A stretch of DNA of 64,000 nt from Clostridiales bacterium (GTDB taxonomy: Bacteria > Bacillota > Clostridia > Saccharofermentanales > Saccharofermentanaceae), in contig JAFZLF010000020.1 of the NCBI GenBank assembly GCA_017551625.1, positions 1,427 through 65,426 of the forward strand, read 5' to 3'. Below are positions 27,851-38,695 of this stretch, piece after piece. The translations under genes were made by a program, and so were the position numbers. A model generated the notes under the pieces. The model ran no database searches, was not told the origin of the DNA, and saw only the letters and a list, made by a program, of their open reading frames with translations. How positions within the stretch are numbered: position 1 is the first letter of the stretch; each line of letters opens with the position of its first letter.

Positions 27851-30235
27851 ATGGACACGAATAATCTCTGTTTCGGATGTTTTAGAGAACACAATAATGT
27901 TGGTCCGTGTCCGCACTGCGGGTATGACCTGGCGACGGCCAAGCATCCTTTCGTAGCGCTTCCTATCGGTACGATCCTTAACGGCCGTTATCTGACTGGC
28001 CGTGTCCTTGGTGTGGGTGGCTTTGGCGTAACGTATCTGGCTTTTGATATGACGCTGGAGATCGCCGTGGCGGTCAAGGAGTTCCTGCCTTCTGGCATCG
28101 CGCTTCGTGAGTCAGACCGCTACACCATGACGGTCAGCTCACCGGAAGAACAGCCGAAATTTGATACCGGTGCGACGAAGTTCCTCGATGAGGCCAGACT
28201 TCTCGCCAAACTCCGTGATGTGCCGAACATCGTGACGGTTCAGGACTATTTCCGTGAGAACAACACAGCCTACTTCGTCATGGAGTATATCGAGGGCGTC
28301 GACCTCATGAAGTATGCGCAGAATAAGGGCGGAACGCTCTCCTATAACGAGGCGCTGTACCTGATCCTGCCTGTTATCGATTCTCTGGCACATGTGCACG
28401 CGCACAATCTCCTTCACAGAGATATCAGCCCGGACAATATTGTCGTCATGAAGAATGGCTCGACGAGACTTCTTGACTTCGGCGCAGCGCGTGTGGCAAT
28501 CGATACCGAGAAGAGTAAGTCCATCATCCTCAAGCATGGTTTCGCGCCGGAAGAACAGTACAGGAAACACGGCAATCAGGGGCCTTGGTCCGATGAGTAC
28601 GCACTGGCCGCTACGATGTATCTGATCATCACTGGTGTGATGCCGCCGGATGCGATCGAGCGTGTGCACGAAGATACGCTGGTCTCCCCGAAGGATCTCG
28701 GCGTGGATATCCCGGATTATGCGAATGACGCCCTGATGAAAGCACTGTCCGTCCATGCTTCCGGACGCTTCCCGGATATGGCTTCTTTCTCTGTTGCGTT
28801 GACGGGCAATCAACCGGTCGGATCTTCTGTTTCCTATGCCCCATCTATGACTGTGTCATCGCAGGATGCGTTCCCATCCGGTGTGGTTTCCGGGCAGGAC
28901 GGTCCGATGGTCGAGGGAAAGACTGTCGGTATGGAGCAGGACCAGATATCACAACCGTATGCGCCGCAGAAGATGATCTCGCCGTCGATTCTTGCTGGAG
29001 AGAACGGAAAATCGGATGCGGAAGAGAAATCGGAAGTAGAAAAGCCGAAGACGAAAAAGAAGAAAAGTATATGGAAGAGACCGGTCACTTATATCCTGAT
29101 GGGTATAGTGGCATTGGCTATCGCGGCATTCCCAATCGGAAACTATATCACGGAAAACTACGAGTGGGGGCCGACTACGACCACTGCGAAGAAAACCTCG
29201 AAAAAAACGTCCAAGGAGACGTCTAAGCCTACGACACCTCCTTCTGAAACGATCCCGGATCCACAGATAGAGGAAAATGGAGATAGTATCACCTATAACG
29301 ACACGGTCCGTACGTTCTCCCTTTCTGCTCCGGCGAAGTATTCCTTTACAAATAAGGATGGCCTTTTCACGCTGGTCCGGGACGATCAGGCGACGTCGAT
29401 CTACATCAATGCGGTCAAGAGTGTCGGTGATTACCGTGTAGAAACGTTAAATGATATGATCGCGCAGAGCGAAGATGTCATCAAAACGTATCTGCTGAAC
29501 ACACTCGGATTGTCTGAGGTAGAGGTCAACGATGACTATCTCTACATAACTACGCTCGGTGTCGGTTCGACTACGCTGGAATTTGATGTTTCTGCGTCTT
29601 CGGATACAGGAAAGGTGAATGTGACTTTCCTGGCTGTCGAGAGAAAAGCCGATACAGGAGTTTTCCTCCTCTGCGGTATCATGCCGATCGATGATTACCG
29701 TATGTATTCCGGAGATGACTGGGAAGATATTAAGAACGTGCTCATGACTTTTGTCGAGAATTCGGATGTCCCGTCTTCGTACTCCTATTATTACGGTGAC
29801 AACATGCCGGACTTCCTCTATAACAGTAATTTTGTAAGCGAAGTCGAGGAAGTGACGATCGGGAATAATCTGGATTGTCTGGATCTGCATCTTGTCAATC
29901 TGGAAGATAAAGAATGTAAGGTCCAGGTCGTCAATCTCGGTGAGCAGGACTCGATCACCAATGCATGTACCGCAGCCGAGCAGGTCCTCGGAGCGAATTA
30001 TAAGTTCGGTGGGTATACTTCTGTCACGCCTACAGTCCGTAAAAGCTATGAGATGCGAATCCGGAATTATACACTGACAAAGATCTATGATGAGGATGTC
30101 ATCGTGGAGTGTACAGTCTGCGTCATCAACATGAACGGGACGTACTATGCGGTCATCGCTACTTGTGATGATGATGCGGTGCTTGAAAGAGTCACGCTCG
30201 ACTTTACTATGGTCGTGAGAACACTGACAGACTGA
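27851..30235 (+). CDS. Hanks-type Ser/Thr protein kinase with an N-terminal zinc ribbon, one TM helix and a ~370-aa unrecognised extracellular domain
   Basis: 794 aa. It has CFGC-x11-CPHC, the Gly loop GVGGFGVTY, AVKEF (catalytic Lys), HRDISPDNIVV, DFGAAR and APEE. The TM helix is YILMGIVALAIAAFPIGNYI. A Thr/Ser/Lys-rich stalk precedes an ectodomain with no PASTA repeats. Confidence 0.9.
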   Translation: MDTNNLCFGCFREHNNVGPCPHCGYDLATAKHPFVALPIGTILNGRYLTGRVLGVGGFGVTYLAFDMTLEIAVAVKEFLPSGIALRESDRYTMTVSSPEEQPKFDTGATKFLDEARLLAKLRDVPNIVTVQDYFRENNTAYFVMEYIEGVDLMKYAQNKGGTLSYNEALYLILPVIDSLAHVHAHNLLHRDISPDNIVVMKNGSTRLLDFGAARVAIDTEKSKSIILKHGFAPEEQYRKHGNQGPWSDEYALAATMYLIITGVMPPDAIERVHEDTLVSPKDLGVDIPDYANDALMKALSVHASGRFPDMASFSVALTGNQPVGSSVSYAPSMTVSSQDAFPSGVVSGQDGPMVEGKTVGMEQDQISQPYAPQKMISPSILAGENGKSDAEEKSEVEKPKTKKKKSIWKRPVTYILMGIVALAIAAFPIGNYITENYEWGPTTTTAKKTSKKTSKETSKPTTPPSETIPDPQIEENGDSITYNDTVRTFSLSAPAKYSFTNKDGLFTLVRDDQATSIYINAVKSVGDYRVETLNDMIAQSEDVIKTYLLNTLGLSEVEVNDDYLYITTLGVGSTTLEFDVSASSDTGKVNVTFLAVERKADTGVFLLCGIMPIDDYRMYSGDDWEDIKNVLMTFVENSDVPSSYSYYYGDNMPDFLYNSNFVSEVEEVTIGNNLDCLDLHLVNLEDKECKVQVVNLGEQDSITNACTAAEQVLGANYKFGGYTSVTPTVRKSYEMRIRNYTLTKIYDEDVIVECTVCVINMNGTYYAVIATCDDDAVLERVTLDFTMVVRTLTD

Positions 30236-30266
30236 TCCTGCTCTTAAGATAGCCGGTATCTACTGC

Positions 30267-32455
<2,189 letters not shown>

Positions 32456-32476
32456 AGCCTGTTATTATAAATGCAA

Positions 32477-32506
32477 TTGACGGTTCTGTATAGTAGGTGG
32501 TATCAT
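32477..32506 (+). promoter_or_regulatory. Candidate promoter for dapA-dapB
   Basis: TTGACG (32477-32482), 18-nt spacer, TGgTATCAT extended -10 (TATCAT at 32501-32506). Confidence 0.35.
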
Positions 32507-32602
32507 TTTATAAGTTTTCATAAGGCTTCTTGCGCAAGCAGTTATGCTTTTTCATGGAAACGGAAAACTATTGAAAATATTGAAGAAATGGAGGCATGAG
32601 TT

Positions 32603-33496
32603 ATGAAGAAGCCCGTTTTTGTCGGTTCGGCTGTCGCCCTGATCACACCCTTTAACGAAGGAGGTGTGGATACGAAAAAACTTAAGGCTTTGATCGACTT
32701 CCATTTAGCACATAAGACGGATGCCATCGTGGTCGCGGCGACCACAGGTGAAGCGGCAACGATGCCGGATGAGGAGCACCTCGCGACGATCCGTACCGTA
32801 GTCGAGTATGTCGATAAGAGAGTCCCGGTCATTGCCGGTACCGGAAGTAATGATACAGTCCACGGCATGAAGCTCGCTCGTGAAGCTACGGCGATCGGCG
32901 CGGATGCGCTTCTGGTCGTTACGCCTTACTACAACAAGGCGTCCCAGGAAGGGATCTACCGTCACTTTAAGGCAACGGCCGAGGTTACGGATCTTCCGAT
33001 CATCGTGTATAACGTTCCTTCGAGAACGAATCTCAATATCAACCCGTCGACGTACCGGCGTCTGGCTGAGATCGAGAATATCGTGGGCGTCAAGGAATGT
33101 AATATGAATCAGGTTCCGGAGACGGTGAATCTCGTCGGGGACGATCTGGTTCTGTATTCCGGCGAGGACGGACTGGTTGTTCCGCTGCTTTCTATGGGCG
33201 GTAAGGGTGTCATCTCCGTAGCATCCCATCTCATCCCGGAGACGATGCACGATATGGTCATGGCTTTTCTAAACGGCGATGTCGCAGGTGCGGCGAAGAT
33301 GCAGGCGGATATTGTCCCTCTAGTTAAGGCGCTGTTCTCGGATGTCAATCCGATCCCCGTGAAGGAAGCGCTCAACATCCTCGGCTGGGATATCGGTTCC
33401 TGCCGTATGCCGCTGTGCGACATGAGTGACGAAGGTAAGGCGAATCTTTCTGCGGTACTGAAGAAGTACGATCTTTCCTTTCACCCGAAGTATTGA
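32603..33496 (+). CDS. dapA: 4-hydroxy-tetrahydrodipicolinate synthase
   Basis: 297 aa. GSAVALITPF, GTTGE-type TTGEAATM, the active-site YN in TPYYNK, and GVKE (Schiff-base Lys) are present. Confidence 0.95.
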   Translation: MKKPVFVGSAVALITPFNEGGVDTKKLKALIDFHLAHKTDAIVVAATTGEAATMPDEEHLATIRTVVEYVDKRVPVIAGTGSNDTVHGMKLAREATAIGADALLVVTPYYNKASQEGIYRHFKATAEVTDLPIIVYNVPSRTNLNINPSTYRRLAEIENIVGVKECNMNQVPETVNLVGDDLVLYSGEDGLVVPLLSMGGKGVISVASHLIPETMHDMVMAFLNGDVAGAAKMQADIVPLVKALFSDVNPIPVKEALNILGWDIGSCRMPLCDMSDEGKANLSAVLKKYDLSFHPKY

Positions 33497-33574
33497 TCAA
33501 GTAAGAAAGTGATGATTCCCGAAATATCGGAATTTCCGGTGTTTCGGGAGTTCTTGTAAGAAAGAGAGTAATGT

Positions 33575-34339
33575 ATGTCTGAAGTAAGAATATTCCTGAG
33601 CGGCTGTATGGGCCGTATGGGTCGCGTCATCACGGAGATGTGTGAAGGCTATGACGATGTGACCATCGTTGCCGGATCTGACGTAGTCAGTAATCCGAAT
33701 TCCGCATTCCCGATCTACGAAGATCCGAATACCTGCGAAGAAGAGTTTGATGTCATCATCGATTTTTCGCACGTAAGTGCTTTTGCCAATATAACCAGAC
33801 TCGCGCAGACGAGAAATAAGCCGATCGTCATGTGTACGACCGGTCTTTCGGAAGAACAGAAGACTTCGCTTGTCGAACTTTCGCAGAAGGTCGGTGTTTT
33901 CTACTCGGGGAACATGTCCCTCGGGATCAATGTGCTCATCAACCTCGTCAAGAAAGCCGCGGCGAAGCTGTATCCGGATTTCGACATCGAGCTGATCGAA
34001 GAACACCACAATAAGAAGCTCGATGCGCCATCGGGAACAGCTCTTATGATCGCGGATGCGATGAATGAGACGCTCGATAATCAGCTGGAGTATGTCTATG
34101 AGCGCCAGTCCAGACGCCAGATGCGCGAGAAGAAGGAACTCGGTATCCACGCGATCCGCGGCGGCAATATCGTCGGCGAGCACAAGGTGATGTTTATCGG
34201 CGGCGAGGAGATATTGACTATCTCCCACAGTGCCCAGACGAGATCCGTCTTCGGCCGGGGCGCGGTGGCTGCGGCCAGGTATATGATCGATAAGGGCCCC
34301 GGCATGTACGACATGCAGGATATGATCGGGGACGATTGA
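33575..34339 (+). CDS. dapB: 4-hydroxy-tetrahydrodipicolinate reductase
   Basis: 254 aa. GCMGRMG (NAD-binding), EEHHNKKLDAPSGTA and IRGGNIVGEH are typical DapB motifs. Confidence 0.95.
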   Translation: MSEVRIFLSGCMGRMGRVITEMCEGYDDVTIVAGSDVVSNPNSAFPIYEDPNTCEEEFDVIIDFSHVSAFANITRLAQTRNKPIVMCTTGLSEEQKTSLVELSQKVGVFYSGNMSLGINVLINLVKKAAAKLYPDFDIELIEEHHNKKLDAPSGTALMIADAMNETLDNQLEYVYERQSRRQMREKKELGIHAIRGGNIVGEHKVMFIGGEEILTISHSAQTRSVFGRGAVAAARYMIDKGPGMYDMQDMIGDD

Positions 34340-34373
34340 TAAAGGAAACACAAGAAACGGGAGGAAAGTATAG

Positions 34374-34820
34374 ATGTTTCGATTTTTGTTAGATGCAGGG
34401 GCTTCCGGTGGTGATGGCGGCAGTATGCTGATCATGGTGGCGATTTTTGCGGTCTTCTTTATTCTATGGTACGTGATCGCGCTTCGTCCGCAGAGGAAGA
34501 AAGAAAAGGAACTTCAGGAGAAGATCAGCAAGATGCGTGTCGGTGATCAGGTCGTCACGATCGGCGGTCTGGTCGGTAAGGTCGCGAATATCCGCGATGA
34601 CGAGGTGACGATCATGACGTCTGCGGCCAATACTCTGGTCACCTTTAAGAAATCGGCAGTAAACACGATTATCTCGCGTGACGCGAAGCCGGAAGATACG
34701 GCCTCTAAGGAAGAGAAGAAAGACAAACTGGTTCTGAAGAAGAAGGAAAAGGATACTTCGGAAGAATCGGAAGAGACTTCGGAAAAGGAAGCAACGGATC
34801 TGGGCAAAATCAAGGAGTAA
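34374..34820 (+). CDS. yajC: Preprotein translocase subunit YajC with a long K/E-rich C-terminal tail
   Basis: A single TM helix is followed by RPQRKKEKE....GD.V.T.GG..G.V, the YajC core. The RBS is GGGAGG. Confidence 0.85.
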   Translation: MFRFLLDAGASGGDGGSMLIMVAIFAVFFILWYVIALRPQRKKEKELQEKISKMRVGDQVVTIGGLVGKVANIRDDEVTIMTSAANTLVTFKKSAVNTIISRDAKPEDTASKEEKKDKLVLKKKEKDTSEESEETSEKEATDLGKIKE

Positions 34821-34835
34821 GATAGGACGGGAAAA

Positions 34836-36719
34836 ATGAGCAGCGGCGGCCACGGCAGAATCCCCCAAGAAGTAGTGGAAGAGATTATCGCCAAGAACGA
34901 CATCGTCTCGGTCGTGGGTCAATATGTGCAGTTTACGAAGAGCTCCGGACGGAATCTGTTCGGGCTCTGTCCTTTTCACTCGGAAGATACGCCGTCCTTT
35001 TCGGTGTCGTCTTCTGCTGACAAACAGATATTCTATTGTTTCGGCTGTCATAAGGGCGGCGATGTCGTCAAGTTCATCCAGGAGATCGAGCACTTGAGTT
35101 ATGTGGAGGCCCTGCGGTTTCTCGCTGAGCGGGCCGGCGTGAAGATCCCGGAGACCAATGATCCCCGATACCAGAAAGAAGAATACCTCAGGAAAAGAGT
35201 CTATGAGGTACTTAAGGCGGCGGCGATCTATTTCTACAAGAGTTATATGTCCGACAAGGGCTTGGTCGCCAGGGAATATCTCAGCAAACGAGCGATCACC
35301 AAGGCTACTGCAGTGAACTTCGGGCTTGGATATGCTCCGGATGAGTGGAACGGACTATATAATTTTCTCAGTTTGAAAAACTTTACCAAAGAAGAAATCA
35401 TGGCGTCCGGGCTTTTCGGAACGGCGAAGAATGGCCGCCCGTACGATCTTTTCCGCGGCAGGCTGATGTTCCCGATCTTCGACTCGATGGGGAAGATCAT
35501 CGCATTTGGCGGACGTATCCTCGGAGACGGACAGCCTAAGTATGTCAATTCTCCGGAATCGATCGTCTACTCGAAGCAGAGAAATCTGTATGGACTGAAT
35601 TTCGCCAAGCAGAGTAAGCCGAAGCAGATCATCGTGGTAGAAGGGTATATGGACGTCATCTCCATGCACCAGGCCGGTGTGACAAATGCGGTCGCCTCTC
35701 TCGGCACAGCTCTTACCGAGCGTCAGCTGGATCTTCTCGAGAGATACTGTGAAGAGGTCGTGCTTTTCTACGATTCGGACCGTGCCGGTCAGACTGCGGC
35801 GATCAGAGGCCTTCGGATGCTGATGGACAGAAAGAAGAAGCACTCGGCCATGTCGACGCAGGTGCGCGTGGCGAAGGTACCGAACGGGAAAGACCCGGAC
35901 GAGTTTATCCGTGAATATGGAAAGGATGAGTTTGCCAAGATCGTCGAGCATGCGATGCCGGTCCTCGACTACCTCGTTGATTCGGCGCACCGGCAGAGTC
36001 AGGAGGACGGGAGATTTGACCCGGTAAAGTTCCAGCAGCTGGTGTCCACCTATCTGTCGTGGGAACCCAACGAGATCCTGCGGGAAAGAGGTGCCTATCA
36101 GGCAGCGCAGATCTTAGGGGTCTCTACTGCGGCGGTCATGGCGGAAGCGAAGAAAAGCTCGGATAAGACCCATGAAGAAGATGTGATCCGTACAAAGAAA
36201 GTAGTAGATAAACAGGCGGAACTCGCTCCACAGAAGAATCCGGGTGAGTCTGCGACCCGTGACGAACTGGTGCTTATTTGTCTTCTTGCGTCACTGGGAC
36301 AAAACTATTCGGCGTTTGTAAGTAAGTACAAGGAAGAACCGCTCGTTACAGACTTTACGATGGGATCGATGCGTACGATCGTCAAGGAGGTCCTGCCGGA
36401 CCTGAAGGCGGGCAAACTGAACGGACGCCGGCTCGTGGAGGCAGGCGAGAATCTGATCCTTAACCAGAAGCCGGCCGAGTCGACACTGTCTGAAGCGCTC
36501 GTTTCCGTCCAGTACGGTGAGGGGCTCGATTCTCTGATGCTTCACACGATCGATTATCTCTACCGTGTCCGCACGGATGTGTACACGAGACAGAAGAAGA
36601 CGCTGGCGAAACAGCTCGATGTGATGCCGGAAGGTCCCGACCGTGTGGCGACACAGGAAGCCCTAAAGAAGACGAGCGATTATCTCAAGTACTTGAAAGG
36701 AAAGATAGGGAAGCTCTGA
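34836..36719 (+). CDS. dnaG: DNA primase
   Basis: 627 aa. It has the zinc-binding CPFHSEDTPSFSV...CFGCHKGGD motif and TOPRIM motifs (VVEGYMDVIS, FYDSDRAG). Confidence 0.96.
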   Translation: MSSGGHGRIPQEVVEEIIAKNDIVSVVGQYVQFTKSSGRNLFGLCPFHSEDTPSFSVSSSADKQIFYCFGCHKGGDVVKFIQEIEHLSYVEALRFLAERAGVKIPETNDPRYQKEEYLRKRVYEVLKAAAIYFYKSYMSDKGLVAREYLSKRAITKATAVNFGLGYAPDEWNGLYNFLSLKNFTKEEIMASGLFGTAKNGRPYDLFRGRLMFPIFDSMGKIIAFGGRILGDGQPKYVNSPESIVYSKQRNLYGLNFAKQSKPKQIIVVEGYMDVISMHQAGVTNAVASLGTALTERQLDLLERYCEEVVLFYDSDRAGQTAAIRGLRMLMDRKKKHSAMSTQVRVAKVPNGKDPDEFIREYGKDEFAKIVEHAMPVLDYLVDSAHRQSQEDGRFDPVKFQQLVSTYLSWEPNEILRERGAYQAAQILGVSTAAVMAEAKKSSDKTHEEDVIRTKKVVDKQAELAPQKNPGESATRDELVLICLLASLGQNYSAFVSKYKEEPLVTDFTMGSMRTIVKEVLPDLKAGKLNGRRLVEAGENLILNQKPAESTLSEALVSVQYGEGLDSLMLHTIDYLYRVRTDVYTRQKKTLAKQLDVMPEGPDRVATQEALKKTSDYLKYLKGKIGKL

Positions 36720-36721
36720 GT

Positions 36722-37432
36722 ATGTATGATTCTTCTGCAAAAGATCCGTTACCCGGATCCTCTTTTTCGAAGACGGTGGAACTGTCTCCCAGGCTTCAGA
36801 CTGTCGCGGATCTGATCCCTTCTTGCGAAACGGTCGTCGATGTGGGCTCGGATCACGGAAAACTCGGTGTATGGTGCCTGCGGTCGGAGATATGTAAGAA
36901 TGTGATCGCGACGGATATCCACGAACTTCCCGCGAAAAGAACGGAAGCACTTCTAGAAGAGAACGATATGAGCGACAGAAGCCGGGTGCTCGTGACGGAT
37001 GGCCTTTCCGGAGTCGATCTAAACAAAGAGATGACGGTCGTGATCGCGGGGATGGGAGGCCTCGAGATCTGTAAGATCCTTTCGGAGGCAAAAAGCAGGT
37101 TGGACGGGATTCCCGAGGGGATGAAGATGGTCCTCCAGCCACAACGGTCGTTTCATGAAGTGCGCTCCTTTCTGTGTGAGAATGGATTCATAATTCGGCA
37201 GGAGCGGATCGCGAAGGAGAAGAAATACTTCTACACGGTGATCCTAGTGGAGTATACGGGGGCCTCTTACGGGCTTTCGGAGGCAGAGCGTTTCTTAGGA
37301 CCTGTGATACTATCGAAGAAACCGGAATACTATGAGGAATATATGAAGCATCAGAAAGCAGTGATGGAAAGTCGCGCTCTAGGCGATCCTCGCTGTAAAG
37401 AAATACTGAATACGTGGGAGAAATGGTTATGA
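36722..37432 (+). CDS. trmK: tRNA (adenine22-N1)-methyltransferase TrmK
   Basis: 236 aa. It has the RL..VA..I......DVGSDHG.L pattern and IAGMGG. It holds the conserved position next to the Nif3 gene. Confidence 0.85.
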   Translation: MYDSSAKDPLPGSSFSKTVELSPRLQTVADLIPSCETVVDVGSDHGKLGVWCLRSEICKNVIATDIHELPAKRTEALLEENDMSDRSRVLVTDGLSGVDLNKEMTVVIAGMGGLEICKILSEAKSRLDGIPEGMKMVLQPQRSFHEVRSFLCENGFIIRQERIAKEKKYFYTVILVEYTGASYGLSEAERFLGPVILSKKPEYYEEYMKHQKAVMESRALGDPRCKEILNTWEKWL

Positions 37433-38211
37433 ACGAAGAATACTATGTACAGGATGTCATCGCGGCGATGGAGAAGATCGCCCCGACGGAACTGGCGTGT
37501 GAATGGGACCGGGTGGGCCTGATGATCGGGGACCCCGGCGCGAAAGTGGAGGGAGTGCTTCTCGCACTTGATGCCAGTGCCGCGGCGATCGACAGGGCGA
37601 TGGAGGTCGGCGCGAATCTGATTATCACGCACCATCCGCTTCTCTTCGAGCCGCTTCATCAAGTGGACTATACGACACCACGCGGCGCGAATATCCGAAA
37701 ACTCATCAGGAACGATATCCATGTCTTCTCTGCGCATACGAATCTGGATAAGGCGCCCAAAGGCGTCAATTATGCTCTGGCGACCGTGCTCGGGCTCGTG
37801 ATGCAGATCAATCTGGTCGATGTGGAGATCGGACTATGCGGCAGCGTCGGTCAGGAGTCGATGACTCTCTTCGGATTTGCCGATCTGGTTAAGAACAGAC
37901 TCGGGGCGAGCGGTCTGATCCTGAATACGGACAAGGACAGGGAAGTGTCGAGAGTCTTCGTGCAGGGCGGCGCTTTTGACGAGGAATCGATCCCGGTCCT
38001 TAAGCTCTACCGTGTCGATGTCGTCGTGACGGGAGAGATGAAACACCATCACATGCTCGAACTCGAAGACGCGGGCATCGCCGTCATCGTAGCAGGACAT
38101 GAGGCCACAGAACGCATAGTGCTCGGAAGTTTGGAGGAAGAACTTTTGAACAAATTGCCGAATTTGCCGACTACGATCTATCTGGGACATAATTGGTGTG
38201 AAAATCGCTAG
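37429..38211 (+). CDS. Nif3-family dinuclear metal-centre protein (YqfO/YbgI-like)
   Basis: WDRVGLMIGD, LIITHHPLLF and HTNLD motifs are present. The ATG at 37429 forms an ATGA overlap with the trmK stop (GGGAG RBS, 8 nt upstream). Confidence 0.9.
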   Translation: MNEEYYVQDVIAAMEKIAPTELACEWDRVGLMIGDPGAKVEGVLLALDASAAAIDRAMEVGANLIITHHPLLFEPLHQVDYTTPRGANIRKLIRNDIHVFSAHTNLDKAPKGVNYALATVLGLVMQINLVDVEIGLCGSVGQESMTLFGFADLVKNRLGASGLILNTDKDREVSRVFVQGGAFDEESIPVLKLYRVDVVVTGEMKHHHMLELEDAGIAVIVAGHEATERIVLGSLEEELLNKLPNLPTTIYLGHNWCENR

Positions 38212-38249
38212 AAGTCCCGGCAAGGTTCGATTATAATATACATGTTTTC

Positions 38250-38600
38250 TGAGCTGGACCGGATGATCGCGGGCACAGGTGCCGAAAGGCCGTGCGTGAG
38301 GAAAGTCCGGGCTCCATAGGACAAGGGTGCCGGGCAGTTCCCGGTGAAGGTAACTTTAAGGAAAGTGCAACAGAAAAGAAGACCGCCGTTTCCTTCGGGA
38401 TTCGGTAAGGATGAAAAGGCGAGGTAAGAGCTCACCGGCGGTACGGTAACGTACCGGCCTTGTAAACCCCACCCGGAGCAACGCCATGGAAAGACATTAC
38501 TGTGGTCCGCAGGTCTTGAGGAGGCGGCTTGAGCCGGAACGAAATTTCCGGTCTAGATAGATGATCATCTTCTACAGAACCCGGCTTACAGGTTCAACTT
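38250..38600 (+). ncRNA. rnpB: RNase P RNA, bacterial type A
   Basis: Universal blocks are present: GAGGAAAGTCCGGGCTCCATAGG, AGTGCAACAGAAA, GGTAAGAGCTCACCGG and ACAGAACCCGGCTTA. P1 can form between 38251-38260 (GAGCTGGACC) and 38591-38600 (GGTTCAACTT). A TATAAT lies at 38232-38237. Ends are approximate (about +/-5 nt). Confidence 0.93.
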
Positions 38601-38695
38601 AGAAGACTTTTTCTCGCTCGAGCCATGTATTCATGACGGGCAGAATAGAGATAAAAACCTCGCATCGAGGACGATAGAAAGAGAGGACATGTTTC

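Noticed and set aside
38208-38435. A 75-aa minus-strand ORF.
   Set aside because: It lies entirely within, and antisense to, the RNase P RNA gene, whose universal sequence blocks are unambiguous.
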